Shown here one piece after another: positions 12,201 to 24,388 of a stretch of DNA of 64,000 bases. Within the stretch, counting starts at the first letter, position 1, and every line of letters begins with the position of its first letter. A program made the position numbers and the translations under genes. This DNA is from Orbicella franksi (lineage: Eukaryota), in NCBI GenBank assembly GCA_964199315.1, contig OZ116706.1, forward strand, positions 12,276,001 through 12,340,000, written 5' to 3'. A model generated the notes under the pieces. It was not told the origin of the DNA. It ran no database searches and saw only the letters and a list, made by a program, of their open reading frames with translations.

Positions 12201-15200
12201 AACCCTGTAGTGAAAATTTTCTATTTTGTGTAAGATTTTCTTATCTCCTGAAGGACCTTTGTACATTTTGATAACAATCTTAAGGATCTTTATTCAGATT
12301 CATATCCTGAAAGATTGGGAAGGGTATTGCGAACAATTTTTACGTCTATAAAATTCAGGTAACAATTCTCGAGGCTCTGTTTCTCACAGGTCTTTCAAGT
12401 TCCTACAAACATCCTTAAGTCATCTTTGTAGGGATGTTTTTTTTAAAGGATCTTTGCACTGAGGGACCTGAGTATAGGATACGTATTGAAGGATCCTTTT
12501 TATAAGACCCTTAAGTTTTTCACCAGGATATTTATTTTATGTATTAGCATCACTTGTAAACAAGGTAATCTGGTGAGGTTAAAACTTTTCACTTTCTTAA
12601 GAGGATTTCACTGTTAGAAGGTATTACTGTTAAGGGATTTTCATTGTTAAAAGGATTTTACTGTTAGGGGATTTCATTGTTAGGGGATGTTACTGTTAGG
12701 GGGTTTTCACTGTTGGTGGATTTTTGGGGGTTTCACTGTTGTAGATCTTGCTGTTGTAAGCCATTGTTACCTACGTTTTTATAACGTTCTCCAAAATGTT
12801 TCCTTTCTTTAGTGAGTTGAACCGAAAGAAGTCATTTCAATCATCATCTTCTTATGCACCATTTTGTCCTGATAAAACGGGTGCTTTGAGCTTAAAAGAT
12901 TACCAGTCACTGCAGAGTCATGAGCAGTATGTACAAACTCTTAAAGAGTGTGGCTTCAACCAAGATGAAATCCAGTTCAAACTTGAACAGGAGGGTTATG
13001 TGCCAAAGGTGAGTTTGGTTTGTCCAGTGGAAAGTAACAGATCAGGCCTGCAACCGTAGCCTGCAAGGTAGACATTCTATGAGGGTGAGGGAGGGGGGGG
13101 GGGGGGGGGGGAAGGAAGTCAACTTTGAATGCGAAGCACAAGAGGATGTATAAAATATGCAAATTATAGGACTGATGACATTATACACATCCCAGTATTG
13201 TAACAATTAGCAGCAGTAGTTTTACAGTAGTTATGGTTAGTTTTATAGGTTTTCAGGTCACACATTTACAGAAAACTTAGAAGTGCTCTATTGCATTGGT
13301 ACTGATTTGCTTTTCGTTGATATTTTAGGCACCAAAACGAGGTCGCTATGGAATTAACCCTGTTGCTGAGCAAGAGAAAGTGAATGATCTTGAAAAAAGA
13401 ATTCAAATGCGAGAAGAGACTCTGTCCTCTCCAGATTTGTATTCTAATGTGCGAGTTCTGAGCAGGCATGCACTAGAGGTGGAACAGTCACTTCAGAAAG
13501 GCACAGAGAAAGCCAACAGTTTAAGCCATTTAGTGCAACCAAGAAAACAAGGTACTGTATTCCTTTCTATATCTAAAATAATCTTCAAATAATGTGCCAC
13601 TGAGTTTTGCATAAAATCTGACATGTGCCATGAATTCTGAGTAGTCCAGCACCTCTTCCAGACCTGTATTTTCATTCTAAACTCCTTTTCATTGCCATTT
13701 GCCCTTATGTAATTTTCAAGACTCTGTCCCTATTCCTTAATCTGCAGTCCATAGTATCTACAGTTTCAGCATTATATCACTTTCCTTGTAGCCGTTCCTG
13801 TGAATGATCCACTCTTGCAAACTCTGCTGGAAGCAGATAGAATATTATCAAAATCAAAACAGGGACTCGCTTCTTCTAACAGCCAAGAGACACCCAAGCA
13901 CAATACCAGTCAACATCCCTCGAAAATAACTGACAATTCCAGCCAAGATTTTTTGGACAAAGGAGAACCATTTGAAAACAGTGTCGCTGAAAGTAGTTCA
14001 GCCTACAGGGAGAGTGGAGTTTCCAGCTTGCCGGCTAGCATTGTGCCTATTGACAAAAAGGAAATAATTCAGAATAGACTGTCGCTGGAACAAATCAAGG
14101 AAATTCCAAAGTTTGCAGACTATAATCCAGGAGAGCCGAACAAGGTTAGTTTGCATTGAAGGAAAAGAAGTGTCAAATGCCCTCTTTCTCCCATACCCCG
14201 ACTGTGGTACGTCATAAAATGTGAAAAAGTATAAATGTATAGAAAAACATAAATGTATAGAAAAACCCGACACTCTTACATGTAAGTTTAACAAACATGT
14301 TTCGACAGATGTATGGTGTGCGGTAGCGGTACCGCACACTTAATTCAGGCCCCATACACACTACGCCGAAGAAATTTGACCACGCAGCCTTATTTCTACG
14401 GTTAGGCCTACCGTCCACACTAATCCGGAGAAATTGCCCACCGAAAACAGAGCTTTACGAAAACGCTCTTCAAACTGGAGGAATCTGAAAAACGCCGGTC
14501 TTGCGTTTTAGTGTGGACGAAAAACATTTTGAAAACGGAGCTTTTTGAAAGCGATGACATCACGAAAATCATGTGATTAACTCTAACCCTCAAGATTGCA
14601 CTCAAGCGTTTCTACCGCCTGTGATTGTCGCATTTGCAAATTCCTCCGCCGTAGTGTGGACGGAAAACATTTGATGCGTTTTCAAATTTTTCGGCGTAGT
14701 GCGGACGAGGCCTCACACTGAAGCTGGGAGATGCATCCGCCGAAACATGTTTGTTAAACTGAAGAGTGTCTTGTTTTTCTTTAAATTGCTATTTCCAGAC
14801 CATTTAAAGAAAAATAATTAAATAAAGGAAAACGTTTGATTATGTTTGATTCCATTCAGGTCCTTTTTATCAAGAATCTTCATCACAAGGTAACAGAGGC
14901 AGACCTAGTCTCTCTCTTCTTAGGATTCCAGGAGAAACTGGGACCTAAAATTACTTTCAGGTTAATGAAAGGAAAGATGAATGGACAAGCTTTTGTTACT
15001 ATGCCAGGTTGGTTTTATCAGGTTTAGTGGCTATAAGCATTGTAAGAAAAAAAAATTATTCGTACATGAAAACGCTTTGACCTAGTTCGAATCAAACAAC
15101 CATCAGAACGATTCTAGTAGCTGCAATGTGATTGGCTGAGCTATAGCACAGTATCAAACATTAGTAGAATTCTGCTTGAACACTAAAGCAACTGCTGCAA

Positions 15201-18200
15201 TCTGATTGGCTCAGTGATCGTACATTATCAGCCATTTGTGTTCAGTGGCTGGAGGTCGTCTGAAATAGCGATGTTTTTTTTTTTTACAAAGTTTTGGAGG
15301 AACATTTTGATGCAAATGATAATTAAAGTCCTAAGAGGACTAAAAGAATGATGTTCACGGTTTCCTGACTGTAAAAAACTTAGAAATTATTGAGAATTAA
15401 AATTATTGACGCAGCAACAACTGCAGTTCCAAATGACAATTCAAACCGAGTGATCTTTAATAATACGTCGAGAAATACGGAAAACATTATTTGAAGTAAA
15501 TTTCAGTTAGAATTCTACTAAAACAATTAGATTATTCGCTCTCGATTTCTATGAGGTGATAGTTAATTTGACCGTCGGCCTCATCAACTATCACCTCATA
15601 GAAATCTCGAGCTCATAATCTAAGTTTTAATTAATGTGCAGTTGCAGGAGCTCTTTAACAAAGTGGCGACGTGTTCTTCATTCATCGAAGTTTCGGAGGG
15701 AGATCACTGGATAACTCCATTCTCGAGAAGACTAATCAAAGGACATCCATTGTTACGCGACTTTAAAAACTCTAAATTGCTGAAAGGAACGATGGCGTGT
15801 GTACACAAGTACAGTTCAGTCCGCGCCTGATTTGCACGAAAACGGCCCGAAAGCGTTTAGCGAAATAATTGGAAAGCGTTTTCGAAAGAAATTTAGTGAG
15901 ACTTCTACAAACGATTACATGACTCGTGCTCGATTTCTATGAGGTGACACCTTATTGTTATTTATTTTCGCGGGAACTTAATTTCACGAAAATGGAACGA
16001 GCGTATTTCACGGGTCGTAAATTTCGCGATTTGGCCAAAAACAAAAATACGTTAAAAGAAACTAAATGTCGCCAAAAATTGTCAAAATACTGATATTCAT
16101 TAGCTAAAGGCAAAGTCGCAGAATTGGCACAATTAACTTTCCATAGCAATAGCACTGTTTCCAATGACGCTGAACGAAACAATGTAGCAAAGTGTAACTG
16201 AAAACAGTTTGACATGTTCCTTTGCAAGAAAGCAGAGCTATACAGGGTATATGTCACCTTCTATTTGCGCTCACAGCTGAACGACATTGATGTTTTTTTT
16301 TTTCAACTGGATCCTCGGTAGGAAGAGCATACTCAGCCCTTACTATCCCAGCAACTCCTGTTTTTTTCCCTATTCTTTAGCAACGCAGCGCTTTCCCTCG
16401 CTGCTAGTCAAGTGGTCGTTAACGCTTTAAACAATCCATTATATTATACAGCCGGGTATTAAATTTCGCGTGGTCAATTTTCGCGAAAGCCTTTTTTCGC
16501 GGGTCTTTAATTTCGCGATTTTTTGAAAATCGCGAAAATTGGGTCTCGCGAAAATAAGTAACAATGAGTTATAACTCAGAAGGTTTGAAGGAAGATCACT
16601 AGATAATTCTAGACTCAAGACTGACAATTCTGAACTAAGACTGAACAAAGGACATCCATCGTTACAGGACTTAAACCGATGAGCGCGTGTAATATAACTA
16701 CAATCTTCAAATGACAATTAAGTCCGCGCCCGATTTCCATGAAAATGACCCTAAATCGTACAGAGAAATAACTGAAAATCGTTTATTTGTTAGAAATTTA
16801 TTTAGAATTCTGCTCAAACAATACGATTATTTGCTCTCGATTTCTGTGCGGTGATGGTCGATCCACCCCTGTCTCATCAACGTAACAACAAAAACAACAG
16901 CAATGACTTCATTTACAAATTCACCTCGCAGTGAAGCTGGTCAGGACCGCAAAACCAAGACATACCACCGGTGTGTAGCGCACACCAAAGAGCGAGTGAT
17001 CTTAGCTAGCTCCTGATTGGTTGAAAAAAATAGTATGATTTTTCTGATTGGTTGAAGCGTGTTGTGTAAGGTTTTTTTAATCAAGTGGAAAGTTTAGCAA
17101 ACCGTTGAAATAATGGAATAATTATTCCTTAAACTACACAGTTAATTGCAAACGTTAGTAACTTTACTAAAGCATAGGTTTAAACCGGAGAAAACTATCT
17201 GGCAGAGAAGGGGTTTCTGGAGTTTTAACAACTAAAAGGTAATCAAAGAAGTATTTACACATGAGAGCGGAAAATCTATGGGTTTCATATTGCTATAACT
17301 GTTGTAAATTTATTTTGGATCTAAAAGAGATTTTTTCATCACCGGGCGTTGATCTGCCAGGCAAGTATCAGTACTGTGTTGAACAAAACTATCTGGCGCA
17401 TAAGTGGTTTCTGGAGTTTTAGCAGTGCACAAAAGGCGCCGCGTAAATTAGGAGAAATTCATTCGATGTTCCATGTGCTGACGAGAAACCAAAAGGTAAC
17501 CAAAGAAGTATTTTGATTTCTATGAGGTGGTAGTCGATTCGCCCCGCCTCATCAACCTTACAACAAAAACAAGAACAGTGACTTTATTTATAAATTCACC
17601 TCATAGAAAATTGAGCCGCAAACAGGACCGCAAAACAAAAACATACCACCGATGCTTAGCGTACGCCAGGTAACGAGTGGTCTTAACTAGTTCGTGATTG
17701 GTTGAAGAAAATAGCAGGTTTTCTGTGATTGGTTGGAGCGTGTTGTGGAAGTTTTTAATCAATTGAAAAGCTTAGCAAGCGTAGAAATAATGGAATAATT
17801 ATTCATTTCACTACACAGTTAATTGCAAACAGCAGTAACTTTACTAAAGCACAGGTTTAAACCGAACAAAACTATCTGGCAGATAAGTGGTTTCTGGAGT
17901 TTAGCAGTGTACAATAGGCGACGCTTAAATGAGGAGAAATTCAATTGCTGTTCCATGTGCTGACGAGAAACCAAAGGTGACCAAAGAAGTGTTTACACTA
18001 GAAAGAAAATCGATGGTTTTCACAGTGCTTTTGTTGTTAATTTATTCGTTTTTGGATCCAAAATAGATTTTTTTCATCACTGTGCGTTGATCTACCAGGC
18101 AAGTATCAGTGCTGTGTTGGAAGGTCACTTCAAGATTGCGTTTTCCACTTTTTTTTCTTTGGTGATATCGTTGGTGTATATCGTGGTTTAGTTGCGTGTA

Positions 18201-19405
18201 TATGCGCAAGTCAACCGGCAAAATATAACTCAGAAGTGTCGAAGGAAGATCACTTGATAATTCTATACCAAAGACTAAGCAAAGGACATGTATGTAAGCA
18301 AAGGACATGTCGTGTATGGTTACACGACCTTGAAAACTCGAAATTGCCTGAACGAACCGATGAGCGCGTGTACACTGCTACACACTTGAAATGACAATTA
18401 AGTCCGCGCCTGATTTTCATTAAAATGACCCTAAAGCGTGTAGAGAAATAACTGGAAATCGTTATTTGAAAGACATTTAGTTAAACTTGTACTAAAACAT
18501 CTCGATTTCTCTGAGGTGAATTTGTAAATAAAGTCACTGGTTTTGTTCTTGTTGTTAGTAGAATTGTAACAGTAAATCGATCGATCTGCCAGGCGAGTAT
18601 CAGTTCTGTATTGAAGGTTATTTCAAGCGCGTGTTTTTGGTATATATCGTGGTTTAGTCACGTGTGCATAAGCAAGGCAACAGAACAGAACTTAGTGGTA
18701 TGGGCAAAGAAACGAGATATTATTTCATTGTGACCGTGATTATTTTTCTTTTGTCCAAAAAGTGTCATTCTGCCCTAATCTTGGCTTTGTGTTTTCAATT
18801 ACCTCTGAGAAGGTGTTCTATAGCTGTTTAATCGTAATCTTTGATTCATTAACATTTAGATTACATTAACGATGTAAGCTTCTTATCCTTTTAGTCTTGT
18901 CCAATATAATTAAAGTTAATTCAAGTTACACAATAGCTTTTTATTTCATCAGAGCAAAGTGAGCACTGAGAACGGGCCAACGCTCGGGGGATACCTTTGA
19001 AATCTTCAAGTAGTTTCACGTGCCCGACGAGCAGAAACTAATATCTTTGTTCAAGTTACACAATGTTGTTTCGTCCACAGGCTTTGCCTTAACTTTCAAC
19101 TTTCTTTCTTTACTTCTCGTCTTTGGAAATGCCACAATGGGCATGAAAATTTGAATGTAAATGTACTTATGTCGAGCTCCTTCCATCTTTGGAAGGAGAA
19201 GATTTTGAGAAGCAAGGCACAATTCTGATAGGGTATATTTTGGTTTTTGATTTTAGATATTGACACAGCAACTGCAGCCCTGAATCTGGTAAACGGTTAT
19301 TTGTTTAAAGGCAAACCTGTAATTATTCAATATGGCAAACAAAGGAAGGATTCCTCTGACAAAAACGACAAGAACGTGGATACTCACGGAACGTCTTTCA
19401 CGTAA
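9203..19405 (+). CDS. RBM41: RNA-binding protein 41 (RNPC3/U11-U12 65K paralogue, single C-terminal RRM)
   Basis: Phase-consistent exons: 9203-9218, 9527-9584 (these two less certain), 11844-11969, 12813-13008, 13329-13551, 13792-14144, 14860-15007, 19257-19405 (TAA). Motifs ESEADQHLRGMVKNQLDTHVTLE, ALEVEQSLQKG and IPKFADYNPGEPNK|VLFIKNL...VTEADLVSLF..FQEK.GP...GQAFVT..|..ATAALNLVNGYLFKGKPVIIQYGK match RBM41. Confidence 0.9.
10231..11578 (+). mobile_element. tRNA-derived SINE split by a DNA-transposon insertion
   Basis: 5' part 10231-10425 has an A-box-like TGGCCTCATGGTTAG, a degenerate B box and the TTGGGCAGGACACTT core. 3' part 11469-11578 resumes at ATCC..GGGGAGTAGAAATACT..TAGTCACTTCATGCTACAG. 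Confidence 0.8.
10426..11467. mobile_element. Non-autonomous long-TIR DNA transposon, Mutator(MULE)-like
   Basis: About 75-bp TIRs (GGCAGGTCTTTTTTGCAGGGTGCAGGG...AACTGGAAAAC.GCTGGCACT). Flanking direct repeat ATCCCATATC at 10416-10425 and 11469-11478 gives a 9-10 bp TSD. Confidence 0.8.
12601..12760. repeat. Degenerate 16-17-bp minisatellite (GGGGATTTCACTGTTA-like)
   Basis: About 9 diverged tandem units in RBM41 intron 3. Confidence 0.7.
14269..14770. mobile_element. Small palindromic element (GACACTCTT...AAGAGTGTC) carrying a nested MITE
   Basis: Arms GTTTAACAAACATGTTTCG.C.GATG.AT are inverted; internal hairpin GTGTGCGGTA-gcgg-TACCGCACAC at 14316-14339. Confidence 0.65.
14348..14712 (+). 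mobile_element. PIF/Harbinger-type MITE
   Basis: TCA|GGCCCC..CACACTACGCCGAAGAAATTTG ... CAAATTTTTCGGCGTAGTGCGGACGAGGCC|TCA; 3-bp TSD. Relatives at 37897-38274 and 60654-60870. Confidence 0.85.
15420..18700. repeat. Patchwork of diverged local duplications in the last RBM41 intron
   Basis: Unit X (AAAGGACAT...AGTCCGCGCC.GATT...CTCGATTTCT) at about 15735-15948, 16647-16875 and 18280-18520. Unit Y (ACAACAAAAAC...CAGGACCGCAAAAC...GATTGGTTG...AAAGAAGT) at about 16880-17345 and 17558-18115. Confidence 0.8.
15950..16568. mobile_element. MITE with TTTCGCG subterminal repeats
   Basis: CCTTATTGTTATTTATTTTCGCG ... CGCGAAAATAAGTAACAATGAG inverted termini. Confidence 0.65.
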
Positions 19406-22400
19406 CCGCTGGTAAGCTGAATTCTCTATTCCTGGTGGAAATATTTTGAAATATTCTGATCCTTACAAGACAACTTTGGTAACTAAATTTTGTGTGCCCA
19501 TTTAAATATATATATAGCCTTGTGGCACTGTGTATTTTATAGCCTCGCTATTTTGCGATCATGGAATTAGTTTTTTAAAACACCTCAAGCAGCTATTTTT
19601 GAATCTAAAACAGCGTTTCGCCTCTGTAATTTTGCAGTTGGTAACTTGGTAAATTGCACTTTTTTAAAGTAGAGGAATTTGGGTTTTTAAGTGGCGCTGC
19701 ATGTAACACTGGCATTGCTCCCCCGTATTTTCGCTCGACTCAACATAAGTCACAACTCTTTCTGAACAAAGTGTTACCTCTTATACTGATTATATAACGT
19801 GAAGGTTAATTCTCTACCTTCCTTTGAAATTCAATAGATTCAGTAAAATAATGTTTTTAGCGTCTTCTCCAAGATCAGTGCACAAAACATAATGCCTTGC
19901 TCTGTCATACTTACATCAGAATTAGACATAGATAGAGGTTAAATGCCAGCAAGAGGTACATCAGTTGTGATTTATCTGTTATTCTTCCTCGGTTATGCCT
20001 TCGTAATGAGCATTTCATTGATTAAATCTTCATTCCGTAGAGTCATTAGATCCCAACAAAACACCAAAACACTGCTTAGGTAGTTTCGTTTCTGAGGAAA
20101 CCAAACCAGAAAAAATGTGAACACCAGAACCAGTGCATTTAATAAACCGAAGGACAGGGTAACAGGAGTTCCTTAGCACTGAACGACTAGAAGCATTTTC
20201 TTCTTACTCTAAATGAGATATTTGTCTATTGCCGTATGCTTCGACTTTGTTACAAAGTCGTCATCAGGGTATTTCACATATTTTCTCTAGTTGTTGGTTA
20301 ATAGGTCTAATTACTGAGTAAGGTCAAATGTAGTCAACCTAAGTTGATGAATCTCACCCAAGGGTGTTGCTTAATCGCTGTTTAATTGTATTGTTTAATT
20401 GCATGCCATTTTGGTGACGGCAACACGGGTCCAATATATTTTGTAGGCGTTATAGCATTGTACAGCAGTACAAACCTTTTAATTAGTATTTTCAAAGGTT
20501 AAGTATGATGTTCACTCTTATAAAGCTCAAATCAAAACTGACTGTTCTGATTAGGAAGTAATTTCGCGATGTGATAGAGAATGTAGTAATCATGAAAGTC
20601 GTCTCGAATTAATTCTGAGTGTTCTCTCGTTTATCTTTTTCTTTTTTTGCGCGTAAGGGGCTCTCGAGTTATTTTGCAATGCGCTGATACATTAGGACAT
20701 TTTGGCAGTCCTGTTAAAAAAATCATTGTTCACCGTAAATTGCATTAAGCCTGCAGAGTGGCGTTTGAAAGCATGTTTCTTTGGGATAATTTTGTCAGTC
20801 CAGTGGTTTAATATATTTATGAAGCTGTTTAATATATTTATGTAGTGGTTCCAAAGTCGTAGAAACAAACACATCAGAGCCCCAAAAAATTTAGACTTGC
20901 TCTTATTTCATTTATTTTCCGGCAGTCGTTTTCATTGTCCATGCATGCTGTACATAGCTGTCTCTGCTGGAGAGAATTTTGATAATTGTTTGTATATCCC
21001 GGGTATGTTGCAGCTGATTCTTCGGTTTTGGGCGGAAGAAAACCGTGCGTTACAATTCGTTCTTCCGAGTTCCACAGGCAAGATTTTGTCTAGTTCCCTG
21101 ACTGATATCAAAATGTTTACTCTTTGTATCGAGTGGTTTCTTGTAAAGTGCTGATCTCATTATCTCGGGAGGTGCATTCAGTTTACACAATCTCTCTTTT
21201 AGTAACATAAAGAACGTTTTTGGGGCCGATGCTTAACCTTGTTAAGTAAATGTTTGGACGATTTGATCCTAAAACGATTTTAAAATGTCTTAGATATTTA
21301 GTCAGCAGTGAGCAGTAAAGCTCACCGCTGACTGTCAAACTTCATTTGACCTCACAACCCTGTGCTTGTGTAACACATTAGATCACTCTTTATACCTTCA
21401 GGGCACTTATATTACAAACTTTCAAGAAAACCAGACTATAAAATGTAGTTTTCTGTCGATAAAGATATGTCTTGTAGGTTTTTGCTTTTTGAAGCCAGCT
21501 CGTGATAGAGCCCCTTTAACGAGTGACTGGCGCGCAACGTTGAAATTCCTTACAACTATGTTTAGCTGTTGCCAAAATAAAAAAAAAAAAATAAATGTAT
21601 TGATGGTCGTTGCTGGGAGGTGACATATTTGCGGTGGCTTAACGACTTATAAGGAAATACTAGCTTATCCTTGATGAGTTCTCTACAAGCACGGGTAACA
21701 TCTCATTCGTTGTGAAACTAATACGCTAAACGAGATTTCCGGATTTGTCTCCTAAACACGACAACAAAGATTAAAAGCATTATATTCAACCCCAGGTTAT
21801 GTAAAACACGCCCCTTTGTTCATGTTTCCTGATATATTTTTATAATTTCTTTTGTGGTCTTTCCTGGTCTAAAACTGGTGTGAACCCATCCTTGTTTATT
21901 CGCTCTTCATTACCTTCCTGTTACCGTACTCCGGCAGAGCCCTTATATAGTCAACTACCACTCAAATGAGCTTCGTCACGGCTTCGCATCTTGAAACATT
22001 ACACCTAAATTTTTTTTAAGTTCGTCGTTTATAATCCGTGTTGATCTTCTTCATCCTTAACCGTCCTTGTTCTTTTATGGTTTATTATAATCTCTGCGGT
22101 GTTTTGCTATCCTAGTAAACAAATATTTTCTGGTTACCTTCGCCTTAAAGGTAGTTTTGAAAATGGCCAAAATAACTGAAAATGCCTTGACTGTGCTCCT
22201 TTGAAAGAAGGCTTGCAGATTTATGTAATCAAGCTGACATCAAACTCCGCGGGTCATGACATCTTAAAACGTGTAAAACCTGCGCCGTTTACCGAGGCCA
22301 ACTAGGTATTGTTCTTAAGCCTTCTATTATAAAACAAAAAATGTTAAATGAATAAATCGGAAAAAAGACTTAAAAGTTTTGTTCTTCCGATAATGGCACC

Positions 22401-24358
22401 TGTGGAACACCTTTTCCTGCACACTATGCTGAAACGGGAAATAACCTCGGCAGTTGGAGTAAAATTATTGCATCACATTTGCTCCAAACATGAAGGATGT
22501 GACTTTTCTACCGTTAATTAAATTTATCATCTCGCTTGGGTTATCGTGGCAGGCCAGATTACGTTTCGTCTTGCATCTTTTTTTAATATGTTCTGACTGC
22601 ACAACGCGTGGGGACAAAAGGGAATTGCTTCGACACAAAATAAAAATAAATAAGTTTTTGCTTGTTCCTTGTTTTCCGCGAATTCAACCTACAATTCACT
22701 GGCAGTCGAAGATTTAATTCTTATGTTAAGTCTGAAGAACTTAACTGGATATATAATAAAGATCTACTTTATTTCGGAGTTTCGTTCTAGAATTAATCTA
22801 AAGTAAAATTATTGGACAATCGTTTACAGCCATTTCATTTTCACGGTGTTCTGTTTTAAAAAATAACCAACAACAACAGCAACAAAAACAGTTGTGCTAG
22901 GGAGGTTATTTAAGGAAACGTTCCTTCTCCAGAGTCTTTTATTAAGCGGAATTTAAAGTTGTTTCCTTAATTAAGGAATTGCCAGGTCGTCCCTGAGTTC
23001 TAATTCGTTTGACGAGTGTTCTAATCGTTTGACGTCAACGAAATTGTAAAATCTAATAAAACCAACTCGTCAACAAAACCGTTCTTTTTAGCATGTTCTT
23101 GATTTGATCGATCAACCTTCGTGCAAAATTTCATACGTATTCATTCCGTGAGTTTTTTAAAGGTATTATTCGTTTTTAAATAAAGTACTATAGACTGACT
23201 GACACTTTCACTTGTTTAATTTGACTATCAGAATGTCAATTTGTTTATTTTTGTTGTATTAGTTGCAGGGGCTTAAAATAATTAAGTAGGATCAAAACAG
23301 CAACAAACGAAAGAATTAATGATACTAATAACAGAAAAATCGAGTATTTGTAACTATGATGTACCTAAGTTAGCATTGCCTTTAATTTGTCCTCTGTTAT
23401 TGTTTGGTATGTCTGCGTCCTAACCAACATAAATTATGTGAAAATTACCTTTGACTAATTAAACAGTAAGAACAAAAAGAATCTGCGAGAAAGAGATGCT
23501 CATTCATAAAATTTGTGATGGTTTGAAGGGAGTTTACTACAGTCTTCCTGTTTCCTAATTGTTCTTAATTGTCCTTTGGCCAATACCCTGATCTTGATTT
23601 GCAGAATGTTCTTACATTTTTTTTTTCATGATTCTATGACCAGGTGAAAATTTGGCCAAGTTGCTGTTTAGTTGTTGTTGTTCTTTTTATTTATTTCACG
23701 TATTCTTCAGTGCCTTTGAGTCATTTTAGATGGAAGTTAGGGATATCACCAATGGTAGAAGCGGTTGACGCTCGAAGTCTCTCGAAATCTAAAAGAAAGA
23801 AAAAAGTACGACCGCAATCTCGTTTACGCCTTTTACGCTATGACATCTTATGGCCTGCTATGATCAATTTGCAAAATTCCCCGCAGAAAATTGTTGGCAC
23901 ATTTTTGAACTATTCCCAAAGTCTCTGACTACTAAAATAGAAAACCTTAGTTATCAGATCGAGACTTCTGGCGACTACCCGACTCTTGAGTAAACGTGGC
24001 ACGAAAACGAAGGAATGACGGAAAAAGAAGGGGATTCGATAGAGAATTTTTACACTGAAGGTCTTTTTGTTCGGCAAAGTTATTTCCAGTGGACACTTGA
24101 AATTGTTTTCTGCTCAGTTTTTATCAAAGATTTGGGACTTAAAATACATCTGGCGTTTTAATTCGGTAGAACTTAAAGACAGAATATTTTAGTGCGGGTT
24201 TAGTTGATTCTCTTTAGTTGATTCTCTCAGTGATCATAATCTTAATCACTGCTAAGTAACATCATTTACTAGATTACTAGTGTGGCCATTTTCTCTGTAA
24301 GGTTTCTTCAAGCATCTGTTGTCTTTGATCTGTTCAGTGTGGGAAGGTCATGACTATG

Positions 24359-24388
24359 TTTATTATTATTATTATTATTATTATTATT
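24359..24388. repeat. (ATT)n microsatellite
   Basis: About 10 perfect units. Confidence 0.9.

Noticed and set aside
13088-13110. Poly-G run as a functional G-quadruplex
   Set aside because: A simple homopolymer next to a repeat remnant, prone to sequencing error, with no further evidence.
9203-19405. U12-type introns in the minor-spliceosome-related RBM41 gene (or in PLK4)
   Set aside because: All inferred donors (GTAGGA, GTGAGT, GTACAT, GTACTG, GTTAGT, GTTGGT, GTATGG, GTGAGA, GTAATC) lack the RTATCCTTT signature.
21300-21333. GC-rich hairpin as a Helitron 3' end
   Set aside because: Not followed by CTRR, and no matching 5' TC end or A/T insertion site was identified.
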